Origin: a virus
Taxonomy: Duplodnaviria > Caudoviricetes
Length of the DNA: 64,000 nucleotides
IMG/VR virus record: IMGVR_UViG_2841454579_000002
Coordinates: 11,039 to 75,038 of that record
Strand: one strand, 5' to 3'
Part shown: piece by piece, positions 15,694 to 25,041 of the stretch
How the letters are laid out: the number at the start of each line of letters is the position of its first letter
Numbering within the stretch: position 1 is the stretch's first letter
Position numbers and translations under genes: made by a program
The notes under the pieces: generated by a model
Databases searched by the model: none
What the model was told of the DNA's origin: nothing
Seen by the model: only the letters and a program-made list of their open reading frames with translations

Positions 15694-15715
15694 AAAAAGG
15701 CTACCGAAGTAGCCT
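15694..15715 (-). terminator. UUCG-loop terminator
   Basis: AGGCTAC-TTCG-GTAGCCT-TTTT. Confidence 0.8.
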
Positions 15716-15726
15716 ATTTAATGATG

Positions 15727-16017
15727 TTAAGCAGTCTGTTTCTGCTGGTCTTTAGACTTGAATCCCAGACCAACCTGCTTATCTTCAACCAAGTTCAGAT
15801 TGATTTTGAACTCAACATCACCTAACTGATCTTTTGCTTCAATGAGCAATGCGTGAATTTCACGGCGCAGTGACAATGGAATGCCACCAATGCGTGAAGT
15901 GGAACCGTCAGCCAACACCACATCCACATTCAGAAATGCATCAGAACGATTAGTCTGAGCACGTGATTGCAGTGGAGAAGCTGAACGAAGGTTTGCACGG
16001 TTTGCTAAAGTTGCCAT
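15727..16017 (-). CDS. ssDNA-binding RNAPII cofactor (N4 gp2-like)
   Basis: AFLNVDVV...RIGGIPL resembles N4 gp2 (WLNIGYV...TGIPL); early position; GAGG ribosome-binding site. Confidence 0.7.
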   Translation of the reverse strand: MATLANRANLRSASPLQSRAQTNRSDAFLNVDVVLADGSTSRIGGIPLSLRREIHALLIEAKDQLGDVEFKINLNLVEDKQVGLGFKSKDQQKQTA

Positions 16018-16072
16018 AGGTCTATTCCTCATAGTTGGCATTAATGTCGGATTAAGAGACCATTCTCCGAAT

Positions 16073-16094
16073 CCCACACTGGCAACTTGTTGCC
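16073..16094 (-). promoter_or_regulatory. Candidate vRNAP early promoter 3
   Basis: Template-strand CCC-ACACT-GGCAAC-TT-GTTGCC. Confidence 0.75.
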
Positions 16095-16355
16095 CTAAAG
16101 TTCGGCCTGAAGAGAGGAAAAATTGAAATGTTTTGACAGGTGCTTAATACATCCATAGGCTGAGCGCCAGCGAAGCCCAGTGTAGTGTCTTGTTGTGTAA
16201 TGTAAGTGTAGTTATAGAGATCTATATATAACTATACAGAGAGTATTTATATATAAATATTAAGGGTATATGGCGTAGCCATATACCCGTTATATATTAA
16301 GTAATAGAGAGTAATAATTAAGTAAGTATTAATTACTTCATAGGTGCAATTTGAG

Positions 16356-16383
16356 AAAAAATAAAGACTCCCGAAGGAGTCTT
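16356..16383 (-). terminator. UUCG-loop terminator
   Basis: AAGACTCC-TTCG-GGAGTCTT-TATTTTTT. Confidence 0.8.
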
Positions 16384-16384
16384 A

Positions 16385-16660
16385 TTAGTGAATGAGTACA
16401 GGACATTCAGGTTTTGGTGGTACTAATGGTGGACGGAAGTGACTTAGCGGACTAACCATAAATCTACTACCATCTTCCCATGTATCACACGTATTCATGT
16501 CACCGTGGTAAGTGACACCCTGTTTGTCTGTGAACTCGAATGAGACAACCCCATCCTCATGTACATAACAAATGGTAATGCGACTGAATAACTCTAAGTG
16601 ACTACCACTTAATACGTTAGCTTCAAGCCACAATGCAATCTCAACAGATTGATCTTTCAT
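16385..16660 (-). CDS. Early hypothetical protein
   Basis: ORF between a candidate promoter and a terminator; GAGG ribosome-binding site. Confidence 0.7.
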   Translation of the reverse strand: MKDQSVEIALWLEANVLSGSHLELFSRITICYVHEDGVVSFEFTDKQGVTYHGDMNTCDTWEDGSRFMVSPLSHFRPPLVPPKPECPVLIH

Positions 16661-16704
16661 AACCATTCCTCTTAGGTTATTAACAGATGCACACTATTGT
16701 ACAT

Positions 16705-16725
16705 CCACTAAGGCAACTTGTTGCC
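16705..16725 (-). promoter_or_regulatory. Candidate vRNAP early promoter 2
   Basis: Template-strand CC-ACTAA-GGCAAC-TT-GTTGCC. Confidence 0.75.
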
Positions 16726-16965
16726 AATGTATCGGTGATGTATCGGAATAGGGATAGAGATAGATAGGATACAGGTTATGGGAGTTATTCATTAATCACC
16801 TCATATTCCTAACCCTATCAATCCCTATAAGGAGATCTCAGTGAAGATGAGGCATTACCCTAGTTACAGACTGATGCTGTCACAGAGGCTTACAGGACGT
16901 AATAAAGAGTAATACAGAAAGCTGTCTTAGCACTGAGTGTAGAGTGTAGTGAGTGTAGGAGAATT

Positions 16966-16984
16966 AAAGGGAGCCGAAGCTCCC
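16966..16984 (-). terminator. UUCG-loop terminator
   Basis: GGGAGC-TTCG-GCTCCC-TTT. Confidence 0.7.
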
Positions 16985-16989
16985 GATGA

Positions 16990-17277
16990 TTAGTTCATTA
17001 ACTGAGGTAGGACAGTATCAACCTCATAGTCAGAGATTTCCTGTTCCTTACGTTGTGACATGCGTTTGTTCAACGCTTCAATACGGCGTTCAGTTTCATA
17101 CTTGTTGAACTTACGGCGAACTTCACGTTCACTGTTACGGTTCTCAGTATGAGCGTCCAAGTCTTTGTAGAAGGACTGAGTATAACCATCCACTGATTTA
17201 GTACCTTGGTCCAAGTTACGCAGGATACGTAATACGATGGTGAATGGTGCTAACAGGGTTTGTAGGATAACTTGCAT
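16990..17277 (-). CDS. First early gene, hypothetical (N4 gp1 position)
   Basis: 95-aa ORF with a GAGG ribosome-binding site; first gene after the putative genome end. Confidence 0.75.
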   Translation of the reverse strand: MQVILQTLLAPFTIVLRILRNLDQGTKSVDGYTQSFYKDLDAHTENRNSEREVRRKFNKYETERRIEALNKRMSQRKEQEISDYEVDTVLPQLMN

Positions 17278-17307
17278 GGTAGATTCCTCTATAGTTGTGG
17301 GCTTATT

Positions 17308-17328
17308 CCCACGGTAGCAACTTGTTGC
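17308..17328 (-). promoter_or_regulatory. Candidate vRNAP early promoter 1
   Basis: Template-strand CCC-ACGGTA-GCAAC-TT-GTTGC. Confidence 0.7.
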
Positions 17329-17515
17329 AGGATTTGAGTGTAGGGGGGGTGGTTCCGAGTTTACGAGGAATTACAGGGAGTAATGTACCCGTACTAATTT
17401 TTTAAAATTTTGAAAAAGTTTCGACTGTGTTAAAGTGGGATTCCCTTCAGGTCTTCAGTACCTGATACCACGCAAGACATTTGCACTCCCTCAATCCCTC
17501 CAAAGTATTCCTGCC

Positions 17516-18211
17516 ATGACAATTCTATCAGTCGATGAAGTGAAGGCGGCATTGCCGGCTAACTTTAAGAAGTCTATTAATCAGGAACTCATTGATGGTA
17601 TTAATCAGACCATTAGTGATCCTGAAATGTATGAGCAGTACAGGGATAACTTAGTCAGTTATTCTCATGTTCTGCAGAACGGTAAGTTTAAAGTTACGCA
17701 GTACCTTGATGCGGTTATGTATGTCAGTTACAAACTGATGGGCCATACGAACATTAAGTCATACACGCTAACGTTCCCCGATAAGATTGACCGGTTTAAT
17801 GCACAAGGTGTTTCCAGTAAGGACATTGCCAGTTACGTAACTGCGTATAACAAATCCAAACTGGTTAACTTAATCCTTGAGCAGACACTGGTTCCCACCT
17901 GGGTTCTAAACCAGGATTTATATCAGAAAGCCCTTAATGTACAGGCCGAGTTAATGATGACTGCTCAGTCTGAGAAGGTGCGCTCTGATGCTGCGAACAG
18001 CATCCTCACGCAACTCAAACAACCTGAAACCCAGAAGATACAGTTGGATGTTGGTGTTAAGGAAGACAGTATGCTTGAGCAGCTTAAACGCCATACGGCG
18101 GAACTGGTTGCACAGCAGCGTACGTTAATCCAGTCAGGGCATTCCTCTGCACAGGAAGTGGCGCACAGCAAGATCATACAGGCCGAGTACAGCGAGGTGC
18201 CTGATGAATAA
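17516..18211 (+). CDS. N4 gp69-like protein (putative terminase small subunit)
   Basis: YLDAVMYVSYKLMG, YNKSKLVNLILEQ and SEKVRSDAANSIL; lies upstream of terL. Confidence 0.85.
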   Translation: MTILSVDEVKAALPANFKKSINQELIDGINQTISDPEMYEQYRDNLVSYSHVLQNGKFKVTQYLDAVMYVSYKLMGHTNIKSYTLTFPDKIDRFNAQGVSSKDIASYVTAYNKSKLVNLILEQTLVPTWVLNQDLYQKALNVQAELMMTAQSEKVRSDAANSILTQLKQPETQKIQLDVGVKEDSMLEQLKRHTAELVAQQRTLIQSGHSSAQEVAHSKIIQAEYSEVPDE

Positions 18212-19811
18212 GCTGACCCTTGAAGAGGACGGGCCACCGTCCGTAGAGGAACACCTGTCCTCTGTTATTTATGGTATCGACCCGCGCTACACCCCCTCTG
18301 ATTTCGCCCTCGAATTTGTCTCATTCATCAAACTGGTAAACGGTGCTGATGGTGAGGAGAACTTAACCCCGCTGGTTCACTACCGTATGTTAGATACGGT
18401 CACCCGTGGCGGTACACGCATTACTAACCTGTGTCACCGTGGTATTGCGAAGACGACAGTGATGGGTGAGTACCTGTTCCTGTATATCGCTGTGTATGGT
18501 GAACTTCCTGGCTTCGGTAAAGTGGACCTGGCTTTGTATGTCTCTGACAGCATCGACAACGGTGTGAAGAACATGCGTAAGAACCTTGAGTTCCGCTGGG
18601 AGAACAGTGATTTCCTTCGTGAGTTCATCCCGACTATCCGTTTCACGGATATCCGGTGGGAGTTCCAGAACATTGACGGTAAGAAGTTTATCGTTAAAGG
18701 GTATGGTGCCAAGACCGGCGTACGGGGTGCGAAGGAACTGGGTAAGCGGCCGCAGCTGGCGGTGCTTGATGACTTGTTTTCGGATGAAGATGCTAAATCA
18801 CCCACGGTGATTGAGAACGTTGAAGCGACTGTCTACAAGGCTGTTAACTTCGCACTGCACCCAAGCCAGAATATGATTATCTGGTCCGGTACGCCGTTTA
18901 ATGCCAAAGATCCTTTGTACAAGGCCGTTGAGTCCGGTGCATGGGAAGTTAACGTATTTCCGGTGTGTGAGCGTTTCCCTTGTACCCGTGAAGAGTTTAA
19001 GGGTTCATGGCCTGACCGTTTCACCTACGACTACGTGCTTGAGCAGTATGAGAACGCTGTGAAGCTGGGTAAGGTGGATACGTTCAACCAGGAACTGATG
19101 CTCAGGATCATGAGTGACGATGACAGGTTGATTCTGGACACCGATATACGCTGGTACCGCCGTAATCACCTGATTGCCAACCAGCACCTGTATAACTTCT
19201 ATATCACCACTGACTTTGCGACCTCAGAACGGGCCAGTGCCGACTATTCTGTCATTTCCGTGTGGGCCTATAACTACAATGGTGACTGGTTCTGGGTAGA
19301 TGGTATCTGTAAGCGCCAGCTGATGGACGCCAACATCAATGATTTATTCAGATTGGCTCAGAAATGGCGGCCACAGTCGGTGGGCGTGGAAGTATCCGGA
19401 CAGCAGGGCGGTTTTGTTACTTGGATCCAAGAGCAAATGATGGTCAGGAACAACCTTTTCACCCTGGCTTCAGAGAACAATAACGGAAAACCTGGTATTC
19501 GACCTGTAACGAAGAAGTTTGAGCGGTTTCAGACCGTGCTTCCGATGTTCAAAATGGGTAAAATGTACTTTCCGGTTGAAGACCGTGATACGCCGGTACT
19601 CCGCGAAGCCTTAGATGAACTCACACTGGCTTCCAAAAGCGGTTTCAAGTCTAAACATGACGACTTTATTGATACCGTATCCATGCTGCCGGTAATGAAC
19701 GCATGGAAACCCTCGCAAGAAACTCACTACAGCCATGATTTTGAGCGTGATATCTGGGATGACGCACCAGAACACGATGACAATGACCGGTTGGCCTCTT
19801 ACATCGTATAA
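18204..19811 (+). CDS. terL: Terminase large subunit (N4 gp68-like)
   Basis: CHRGIAKTT, GAKTGVRG, LAVLDD, SGTPF, TTDFATS and KHDDFIDT. Confidence 0.96.
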   Translation: MNKLTLEEDGPPSVEEHLSSVIYGIDPRYTPSDFALEFVSFIKLVNGADGEENLTPLVHYRMLDTVTRGGTRITNLCHRGIAKTTVMGEYLFLYIAVYGELPGFGKVDLALYVSDSIDNGVKNMRKNLEFRWENSDFLREFIPTIRFTDIRWEFQNIDGKKFIVKGYGAKTGVRGAKELGKRPQLAVLDDLFSDEDAKSPTVIENVEATVYKAVNFALHPSQNMIIWSGTPFNAKDPLYKAVESGAWEVNVFPVCERFPCTREEFKGSWPDRFTYDYVLEQYENAVKLGKVDTFNQELMLRIMSDDDRLILDTDIRWYRRNHLIANQHLYNFYITTDFATSERASADYSVISVWAYNYNGDWFWVDGICKRQLMDANINDLFRLAQKWRPQSVGVEVSGQQGGFVTWIQEQMMVRNNLFTLASENNNGKPGIRPVTKKFERFQTVLPMFKMGKMYFPVEDRDTPVLREALDELTLASKSGFKSKHDDFIDTVSMLPVMNAWKPSQETHYSHDFERDIWDDAPEHDDNDRLASYIV

Positions 19812-19828
19812 CCCGCCAAGGAAACTAC

Positions 19829-20539
19829 ATGTTACTTTCCGATTTCTTTGATCACCTGTCGTATGGTGACCTTGCACAGTACAAATTAGGTACTGATGAT
19901 GCGGGGTACATCAGCGAAGCTGATTACCCCAAGATAGTCTCGTTTATTAACCGCGGATTATCCCGACTGCACACACGATTGCCGTTAAAGCACGGCCAGA
20001 TCTTGATGCAGACCACACTTAACCAGAAAACGTATAAATTAGTCAGTACGTTTGCTGCTTCTACTGCACCAGACGTTGCTGACGGAGTGAATCGCTTTAT
20101 ACTGGACCACGAATCACCCTTCAAAGACGACATCATCACTGTTGAGAAGGTACAGAGTCAGTCCGGCTTTGAGTTTCCGATGAATGATGCGTCTGAAGAC
20201 CTTACTGTACTGACTCCCAGCTACAACACCCTGCAGTTCTCCCAACCCAAGGATGAAATTGTGGCGGTCATGTACCGCGCACAACATCCACTGCTACCGA
20301 ACGGCCCTGACATCGATCCTGCGGCGATTTCACTGGACATCCCTGACTTCTGCATAGATGCCCTGGGTTACTTCTGTGTACACCGTCTGCTTAGTTCAGG
20401 GGCCAATGCCGAAGCCATTCAGGAATCCAACGCTTTCTTGCAGAAATTCATGATGGAAGTTGAGGAAATCAAGTCACTCGGGTTACTGAATCCGGATATC
20501 AACTCAAGCCAGCGCATCTGGCGGGACGGATGGGTATAA
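19829..20539 (+). CDS. Head-tail adaptor / virion protein (N4 gp67-like)
   Basis: LSYGDL, INRGLSRLHTR, YRAQHP and C-terminal RDGWV; synteny. Confidence 0.85.
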   Translation: MLLSDFFDHLSYGDLAQYKLGTDDAGYISEADYPKIVSFINRGLSRLHTRLPLKHGQILMQTTLNQKTYKLVSTFAASTAPDVADGVNRFILDHESPFKDDIITVEKVQSQSGFEFPMNDASEDLTVLTPSYNTLQFSQPKDEIVAVMYRAQHPLLPNGPDIDPAAISLDIPDFCIDALGYFCVHRLLSSGANAEAIQESNAFLQKFMMEVEEIKSLGLLNPDINSSQRIWRDGWV

Positions 20540-20540
20540 C

Positions 20541-23384
20541 ATGAAAAGAAGTTTAGTATCTTCAATGGTACGCAGCATGCTACGACCCCTTTCCGGATAC
20601 GGGCTTGGGCCACTTTTACAGTCACGTTATTTCACCCAGTTTGATGACGTTGCACAGACGTATATCCAGTTATCTGAAGATATCAATCTGGATAACGAAT
20701 TTGAACTTGAATGGTGGGCCACAATCCCTGATGACGGTTCGTACATGCTGGCCGATAACAAGAACGCTAACGGTAACAGCCGGTTTGTTATCAACGGTGC
20801 AACTGACCGCACAGTATACGGGTTTGGTTTCTCCGGTTTCGCTACCGGTATCCAGCGGTACGCAGAGGATAAACACAAATTCTATAAGTTCAACATACGC
20901 CGGTTCGATGATGTATTGCGGCTGATGATTGATGATAAGCTGATCGGCGAGAATACCAACAACGGCTTTGTCATTAACAGTATCGGCTCACAATACAACG
21001 GTTCAACAGGTGTTGAGTTCCATTCGGGTTTCTTAGTCAATCTGAAGATTTGGGTTAACGGTGACAGGGATACCGGTGAACTGAAGGTAGATATGCCTAT
21101 CGACCGCCGTATTGACCGCCCTTACGTAATGAATCATGCGGCCAAATCAACATTAGCACTTGTTCCAGATACCCAGTATGTGTCCCTTAGTGGCGACCAA
21201 GGCGATGCCGTGATTGAGAATGGTATCGCTAAAGGGTCACTGGAACCTGCTACTACATGGCGCGTGGGTTACGCCCAGAATGGTGTACTGGAATCTGGTA
21301 ACACCTACATTGTCACGGTTCGTGCGCGTTCCACACAACCAGCGCATGTCTACGCACAGTCTTACACGTCCACTGACCGTGTACTGCAAAATATCCAGCC
21401 CGGAGATTGGCGCACGGTAACTTTGGTCTTAGTTCCTGAATCCACACGATTATTTGTCTGCGTAGAAAACAAATCACAGGAAGGACAGGTACTTGAGTTC
21501 GATGTGAATGCATTAACCGTGGTTAAGATGAGTCAGCCGGTTGGTCTTCCCGTTAACTTCAGCGGTACTGAGTCCCGCCGGTACGACTTTGAAAACGGTG
21601 AATGGATTTCCGGTAACTTACTGGACAATGGCAGCTTCACTTATGGTATGGAAGCATGGGGAGTGACCGGCGATGGTTGGTCTTTTGAGAATGGTGTAGC
21701 CTCTCGTGACGGCAATGCCACAAACTCAGGCATTCACCAGTTCGGAATCTTTGAAGCCCGTCACACCTACGATGTTTCATTTGATGTTACTGGCCGGTCA
21801 GCCGGTACGGTAGGTACATACATTGGTCAAGGCGAACAGAACTTAGGTTTCTTTTCCAGTAATTTCGGTAAAGCAACATACCGCACCGTATCCACAGCAC
21901 CATCGGATAAGTTACTGCTTAATGGCGTTTCAGGCTGGGATGGTACGGTTGATAACGTAGTTGTAAGGGAAGTTCAACAAGAACTTTACCTTGCGCCGCT
22001 TGAACGCTACATCACACGTTTTGATAGCGTAAGCAACGGGTATGTCAGAACGTCTGACAGGATCAACGTAGGTACGGCCTTTGCCGTTGAATGCGTGTTT
22101 GCTACGGAAACAGACGGTGACTTCCTGCTTTCCCTGTATAACGCTGATTCCGCAACCCGATTACATTTCCGGTTACAGGGCGGCGGGGTAGCTAAACTCT
22201 TATCAGACGGTGTTACGCCAGGTCAGGGCGAACGCAGCATTAATGATGGACGTGCACACCGAATGAAAGTCGTATTCGCTGATGATGCTACTTACTCGGT
22301 ATATGTGGACGGTGCACTGGAATATACCGGTACTCACGCTGACCCTGCCAGATACCAGAACGCTGACTTCAGCGTCCTTGTAGGCGGTTACAAGACGCAA
22401 GACAGCTATCCTACTGATTCTTACAACTGCCGTGTGTGGGATTTGAAAGTATGGACTGGCGGTGACGAAAGTACGGGGACGCTTGTGCTGGACATGCCGC
22501 TTGATAAGCCATTTGGATCCAAACAGGTAAACTTTGCCGAGAACACAGCAGCTACACTTACTGACATTGACCCGTCTTTCTATGTCGCTTCGCCTGATGA
22601 TGGTGAATTAGTCTGGGCCACTAACTACAATAACGCGCCTGACGGTTTCACAATCACACCGCTGACTAACAGTTCATTTGGGGTTCACACTAATGAACTG
22701 CAAGTGGATAAGACCTATATAGTATCTTTCGATCTTGAAAGGCTAGATGAGGGTACAGTTCTTTTCCTGCAATGCTGGAAAGATAACTGGAACTCTACAG
22801 AGCAGAGTAACATAACCGTTGACACTGCCAGCGTAGGAAAACGATGCGAAATCGTTGTCTACGATACAGAACGATTACGATTCCGCCTGGGTAGTTCCGG
22901 TTACACAGGAACAGTAAAAAACATCAAGATTCAGGAAGTCACCTCCGGTGTTTACGGAGTACCAATTAACATCGTTGAGGCTGACAGTAAGCACTTCACG
23001 TTCGAGCCTTTCTACGGATGGTTAGGGGATGACCTAATCACACAGGAAATCTGGGAAGTACCTGCCAGTGCACCTGCCATCTTCAGTTTTGATACTGCTA
23101 CCAACGAATGGGTGATGACTGGCGATAACAGTTATCAGTCGCTGGCTCTCATTAACGGTACTACGCAGCCGGTCCTTATGCTCATCGGTGGTAACGTTTC
23201 TGAAATTGACGGTGATGGGCTTGCCTATGCCGCTAATGGCGGCGGCGCAATTCGCACTACAGGTAATTACAAAGTCGTTTTCGATAAGAACGTTCAGAAC
23301 TTTCAGGGCTACAAGCGTAGCGCAGGCTACGTAAACGCCCGAATCGGTAAACCCTACTTCCGCGAAATCATTGAGGTTATATAA
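20541..23384 (+). CDS. Putative receptor-binding/appendage protein with duplicated LamG/carbohydrate-binding-like modules
   Basis: Beta-rich; SINDGRAHRMKV...VYVDG (LamG-like) and NLLDNGSF...VDNVVVREV (CBM-like); internal duplication. Confidence 0.7.
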   Translation: MKRSLVSSMVRSMLRPLSGYGLGPLLQSRYFTQFDDVAQTYIQLSEDINLDNEFELEWWATIPDDGSYMLADNKNANGNSRFVINGATDRTVYGFGFSGFATGIQRYAEDKHKFYKFNIRRFDDVLRLMIDDKLIGENTNNGFVINSIGSQYNGSTGVEFHSGFLVNLKIWVNGDRDTGELKVDMPIDRRIDRPYVMNHAAKSTLALVPDTQYVSLSGDQGDAVIENGIAKGSLEPATTWRVGYAQNGVLESGNTYIVTVRARSTQPAHVYAQSYTSTDRVLQNIQPGDWRTVTLVLVPESTRLFVCVENKSQEGQVLEFDVNALTVVKMSQPVGLPVNFSGTESRRYDFENGEWISGNLLDNGSFTYGMEAWGVTGDGWSFENGVASRDGNATNSGIHQFGIFEARHTYDVSFDVTGRSAGTVGTYIGQGEQNLGFFSSNFGKATYRTVSTAPSDKLLLNGVSGWDGTVDNVVVREVQQELYLAPLERYITRFDSVSNGYVRTSDRINVGTAFAVECVFATETDGDFLLSLYNADSATRLHFRLQGGGVAKLLSDGVTPGQGERSINDGRAHRMKVVFADDATYSVYVDGALEYTGTHADPARYQNADFSVLVGGYKTQDSYPTDSYNCRVWDLKVWTGGDESTGTLVLDMPLDKPFGSKQVNFAENTAATLTDIDPSFYVASPDDGELVWATNYNNAPDGFTITPLTNSSFGVHTNELQVDKTYIVSFDLERLDEGTVLFLQCWKDNWNSTEQSNITVDTASVGKRCEIVVYDTERLRFRLGSSGYTGTVKNIKIQEVTSGVYGVPINIVEADSKHFTFEPFYGWLGDDLITQEIWEVPASAPAIFSFDTATNEWVMTGDNSYQSLALINGTTQPVLMLIGGNVSEIDGDGLAYAANGGGAIRTTGNYKVVFDKNVQNFQGYKRSAGYVNARIGKPYFREIIEVI

Positions 23385-23725
23385 TGAAACTCTACGCCGC
23401 TTATTCAAAAGCAGTACAAACCGATCAGCGCGATGCCCTGATTGAAGCCTATCCACATGCCGCAGTCTACGGGGAACACTACCTGTTCCCCTGTTCGTAC
23501 GAACAGCTGACCGGTGAAACCAATCCCAACACAGTAGACCTCACCGGCAAACGTCTGGTTGAGGAAATTGAGACTGAACACGATATGACGTTTGCTGAAT
23601 TTGATGCTTTGTGTGATCAGATGCTGGCAGACGAAACGGGCCGCGAAGTACTCCTGTCAGTACAGCAAGGCCGCTACTTAAAAGAAACCCGATTCACTAC
23701 CGAGGAGCAAACCGATGTTGCTTAA
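23384..23725 (+). CDS. Hypothetical protein (possible fibre chaperone)
   Basis: 113-aa ORF coupled to the upstream gene. Confidence 0.65.
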   Translation: MKLYAAYSKAVQTDQRDALIEAYPHAAVYGEHYLFPCSYEQLTGETNPNTVDLTGKRLVEEIETEHDMTFAEFDALCDQMLADETGREVLLSVQQGRYLKETRFTTEEQTDVA

Positions 23726-23954
23726 CACTAACAACCAAGAAATTACCCTGGTCGGAGGAACCTACGTAGTAGGTGCCGACCTCGCCGGCGGGACACTGGA
23801 CCTGCAATTCCAGTACGAACGGGGAACCAAATGGTACTCTGTCGGAGAACTGGAAGACGGCAAAGGCCAGCTTGTTGAAATCCCTGGCTTTAAGTCAAAA
23901 GTCCGTATTGTCAAAACCGGTTCTGCATCACTTGAATTAGCGCAGGCCATGTAA
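23715..23954 (+). CDS. Small beta-sandwich virion protein (putative)
   Basis: 79-aa beta-rich ORF; GAGGAG ribosome-binding site. Confidence 0.65.
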   Translation: MLLNTNNQEITLVGGTYVVGADLAGGTLDLQFQYERGTKWYSVGELEDGKGQLVEIPGFKSKVRIVKTGSASLELAQAM

Positions 23955-24301
23955 TGGGAATTGTCGCTGATTTTAATCAAGGTCAGGGACTGCACACTCA
24001 CTACCAGCATACGGCACTTACGCTGTATGTTGGTGTTGAGGACGAGTACGGTAACGTTGCTGCTGACGATATGTTCAGTAACATCGAATACAGTATTGTG
24101 ACTCCTCGCGGTGCGGTGGCAATCCGTAAAGACCTGAATGACGGTGTAACCTTCGCTGACTCCCGTGTCACTGTGTTCATCCCCGATACCCAGTTGTCTA
24201 TGTCAGGTTCACACACTCACCAGCTGGTTTTCTACGACAGTGCCGGTAACGCACTCCCTCCGGCATTCCAGTTCCCGCTGTTTATCACCCCAAGAGCCTA
24301 A
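23954..24301 (+). CDS. BppU-N-like adaptor protein (putative)
   Basis: Ig-like pattern VTVFIPDTQLSMSGSHTHQLVFYD. Confidence 0.55.
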   Translation: MGIVADFNQGQGLHTHYQHTALTLYVGVEDEYGNVAADDMFSNIEYSIVTPRGAVAIRKDLNDGVTFADSRVTVFIPDTQLSMSGSHTHQLVFYDSAGNALPPAFQFPLFITPRA

Positions 24302-24302
24302 T

Positions 24303-24455
24303 ATGTCCAAAGCCCTCCGCTTGTCTGATTCTGAAGACGAAGTAACAATCCAAATCTCTGCACCATGTACGGTAATAATCACTTATGAAGACGGTACTTC
24401 TGAACACGTCACTATTGATGATGCAGCTAACGTTGTACGGGAGTTCCAGGAATAA
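24303..24455 (+). CDS. Small hypothetical protein, 50 aa
   Basis: MSKALRLSD... from the ATG at 24303 fills the gap exactly. Confidence 0.6.
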   Translation: MSKALRLSDSEDEVTIQISAPCTVIITYEDGTSEHVTIDDAANVVREFQE

Positions 24456-24456
24456 C

Positions 24457-25041
24457 ATGACACCTCTGAACGCATTTGATTCGCTGGAAGATGCGAAAGC
24501 CTATTCCGCACCGAAGGAAATTCTGATCACCCCTGACATGGTGATTGCTTTTCTGACTGAACATAACTCCGTGACCTCCCTGCAGGAGTCCACTGACGAG
24601 AAAGCCAGAGGTTTTCTGATGGCCATCAGTTCCGGTGGTATTGAGTTTAACCTGATGGATTCACACGCTGTAGGCCAGAAGCAGCAAGCCATTCTGACTT
24701 ACCTTGTCAGTATTGATGCGGTAACGCAGGGATTTGCCGATGCCTGTATGTCCTATGCAAACCAGACCTGGCAGCCTTACGCTGATACCACTGAGTACCA
24801 GTTCATGAAGGCCAAAGGTACATGCCCTGTCAAAGAGGTATTCCCCTCTAACGGTTGGCTTAAAATTGAAGTCACTGAGGAATGTGAGGCCCACGCTCCA
24901 CAGATTTACGCAACGATTCAGGGCGTAAAAACACGGGTTGCCGGCTTCAGTACTATCGGGCTGGCCGGTCCTTATCTGGCGCGTGTTCCTTCCCAGTATG
25001 GTGTACTGGAAGTTGACGATGCCTACGGGGTAATCCAGTAA
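24457..25041 (+). CDS. Hypothetical virion-associated protein
   Basis: Start MTPLNAF with an AGGA upstream; coupled to the downstream gene. Confidence 0.7.
   Translation: MTPLNAFDSLEDAKAYSAPKEILITPDMVIAFLTEHNSVTSLQESTDEKARGFLMAISSGGIEFNLMDSHAVGQKQQAILTYLVSIDAVTQGFADACMSYANQTWQPYADTTEYQFMKAKGTCPVKEVFPSNGWLKIEVTEECEAHAPQIYATIQGVKTRVAGFSTIGLAGPYLARVPSQYGVLEVDDAYGVIQ

Noticed and set aside
15364-16984. CGAAG hairpins as N4-type GNA-loop vRNAP promoters
   Set aside because: Each lies right after a stop codon and reads as a cUUCGg stem plus U-tract on the transcribed strand, so they are terminators.
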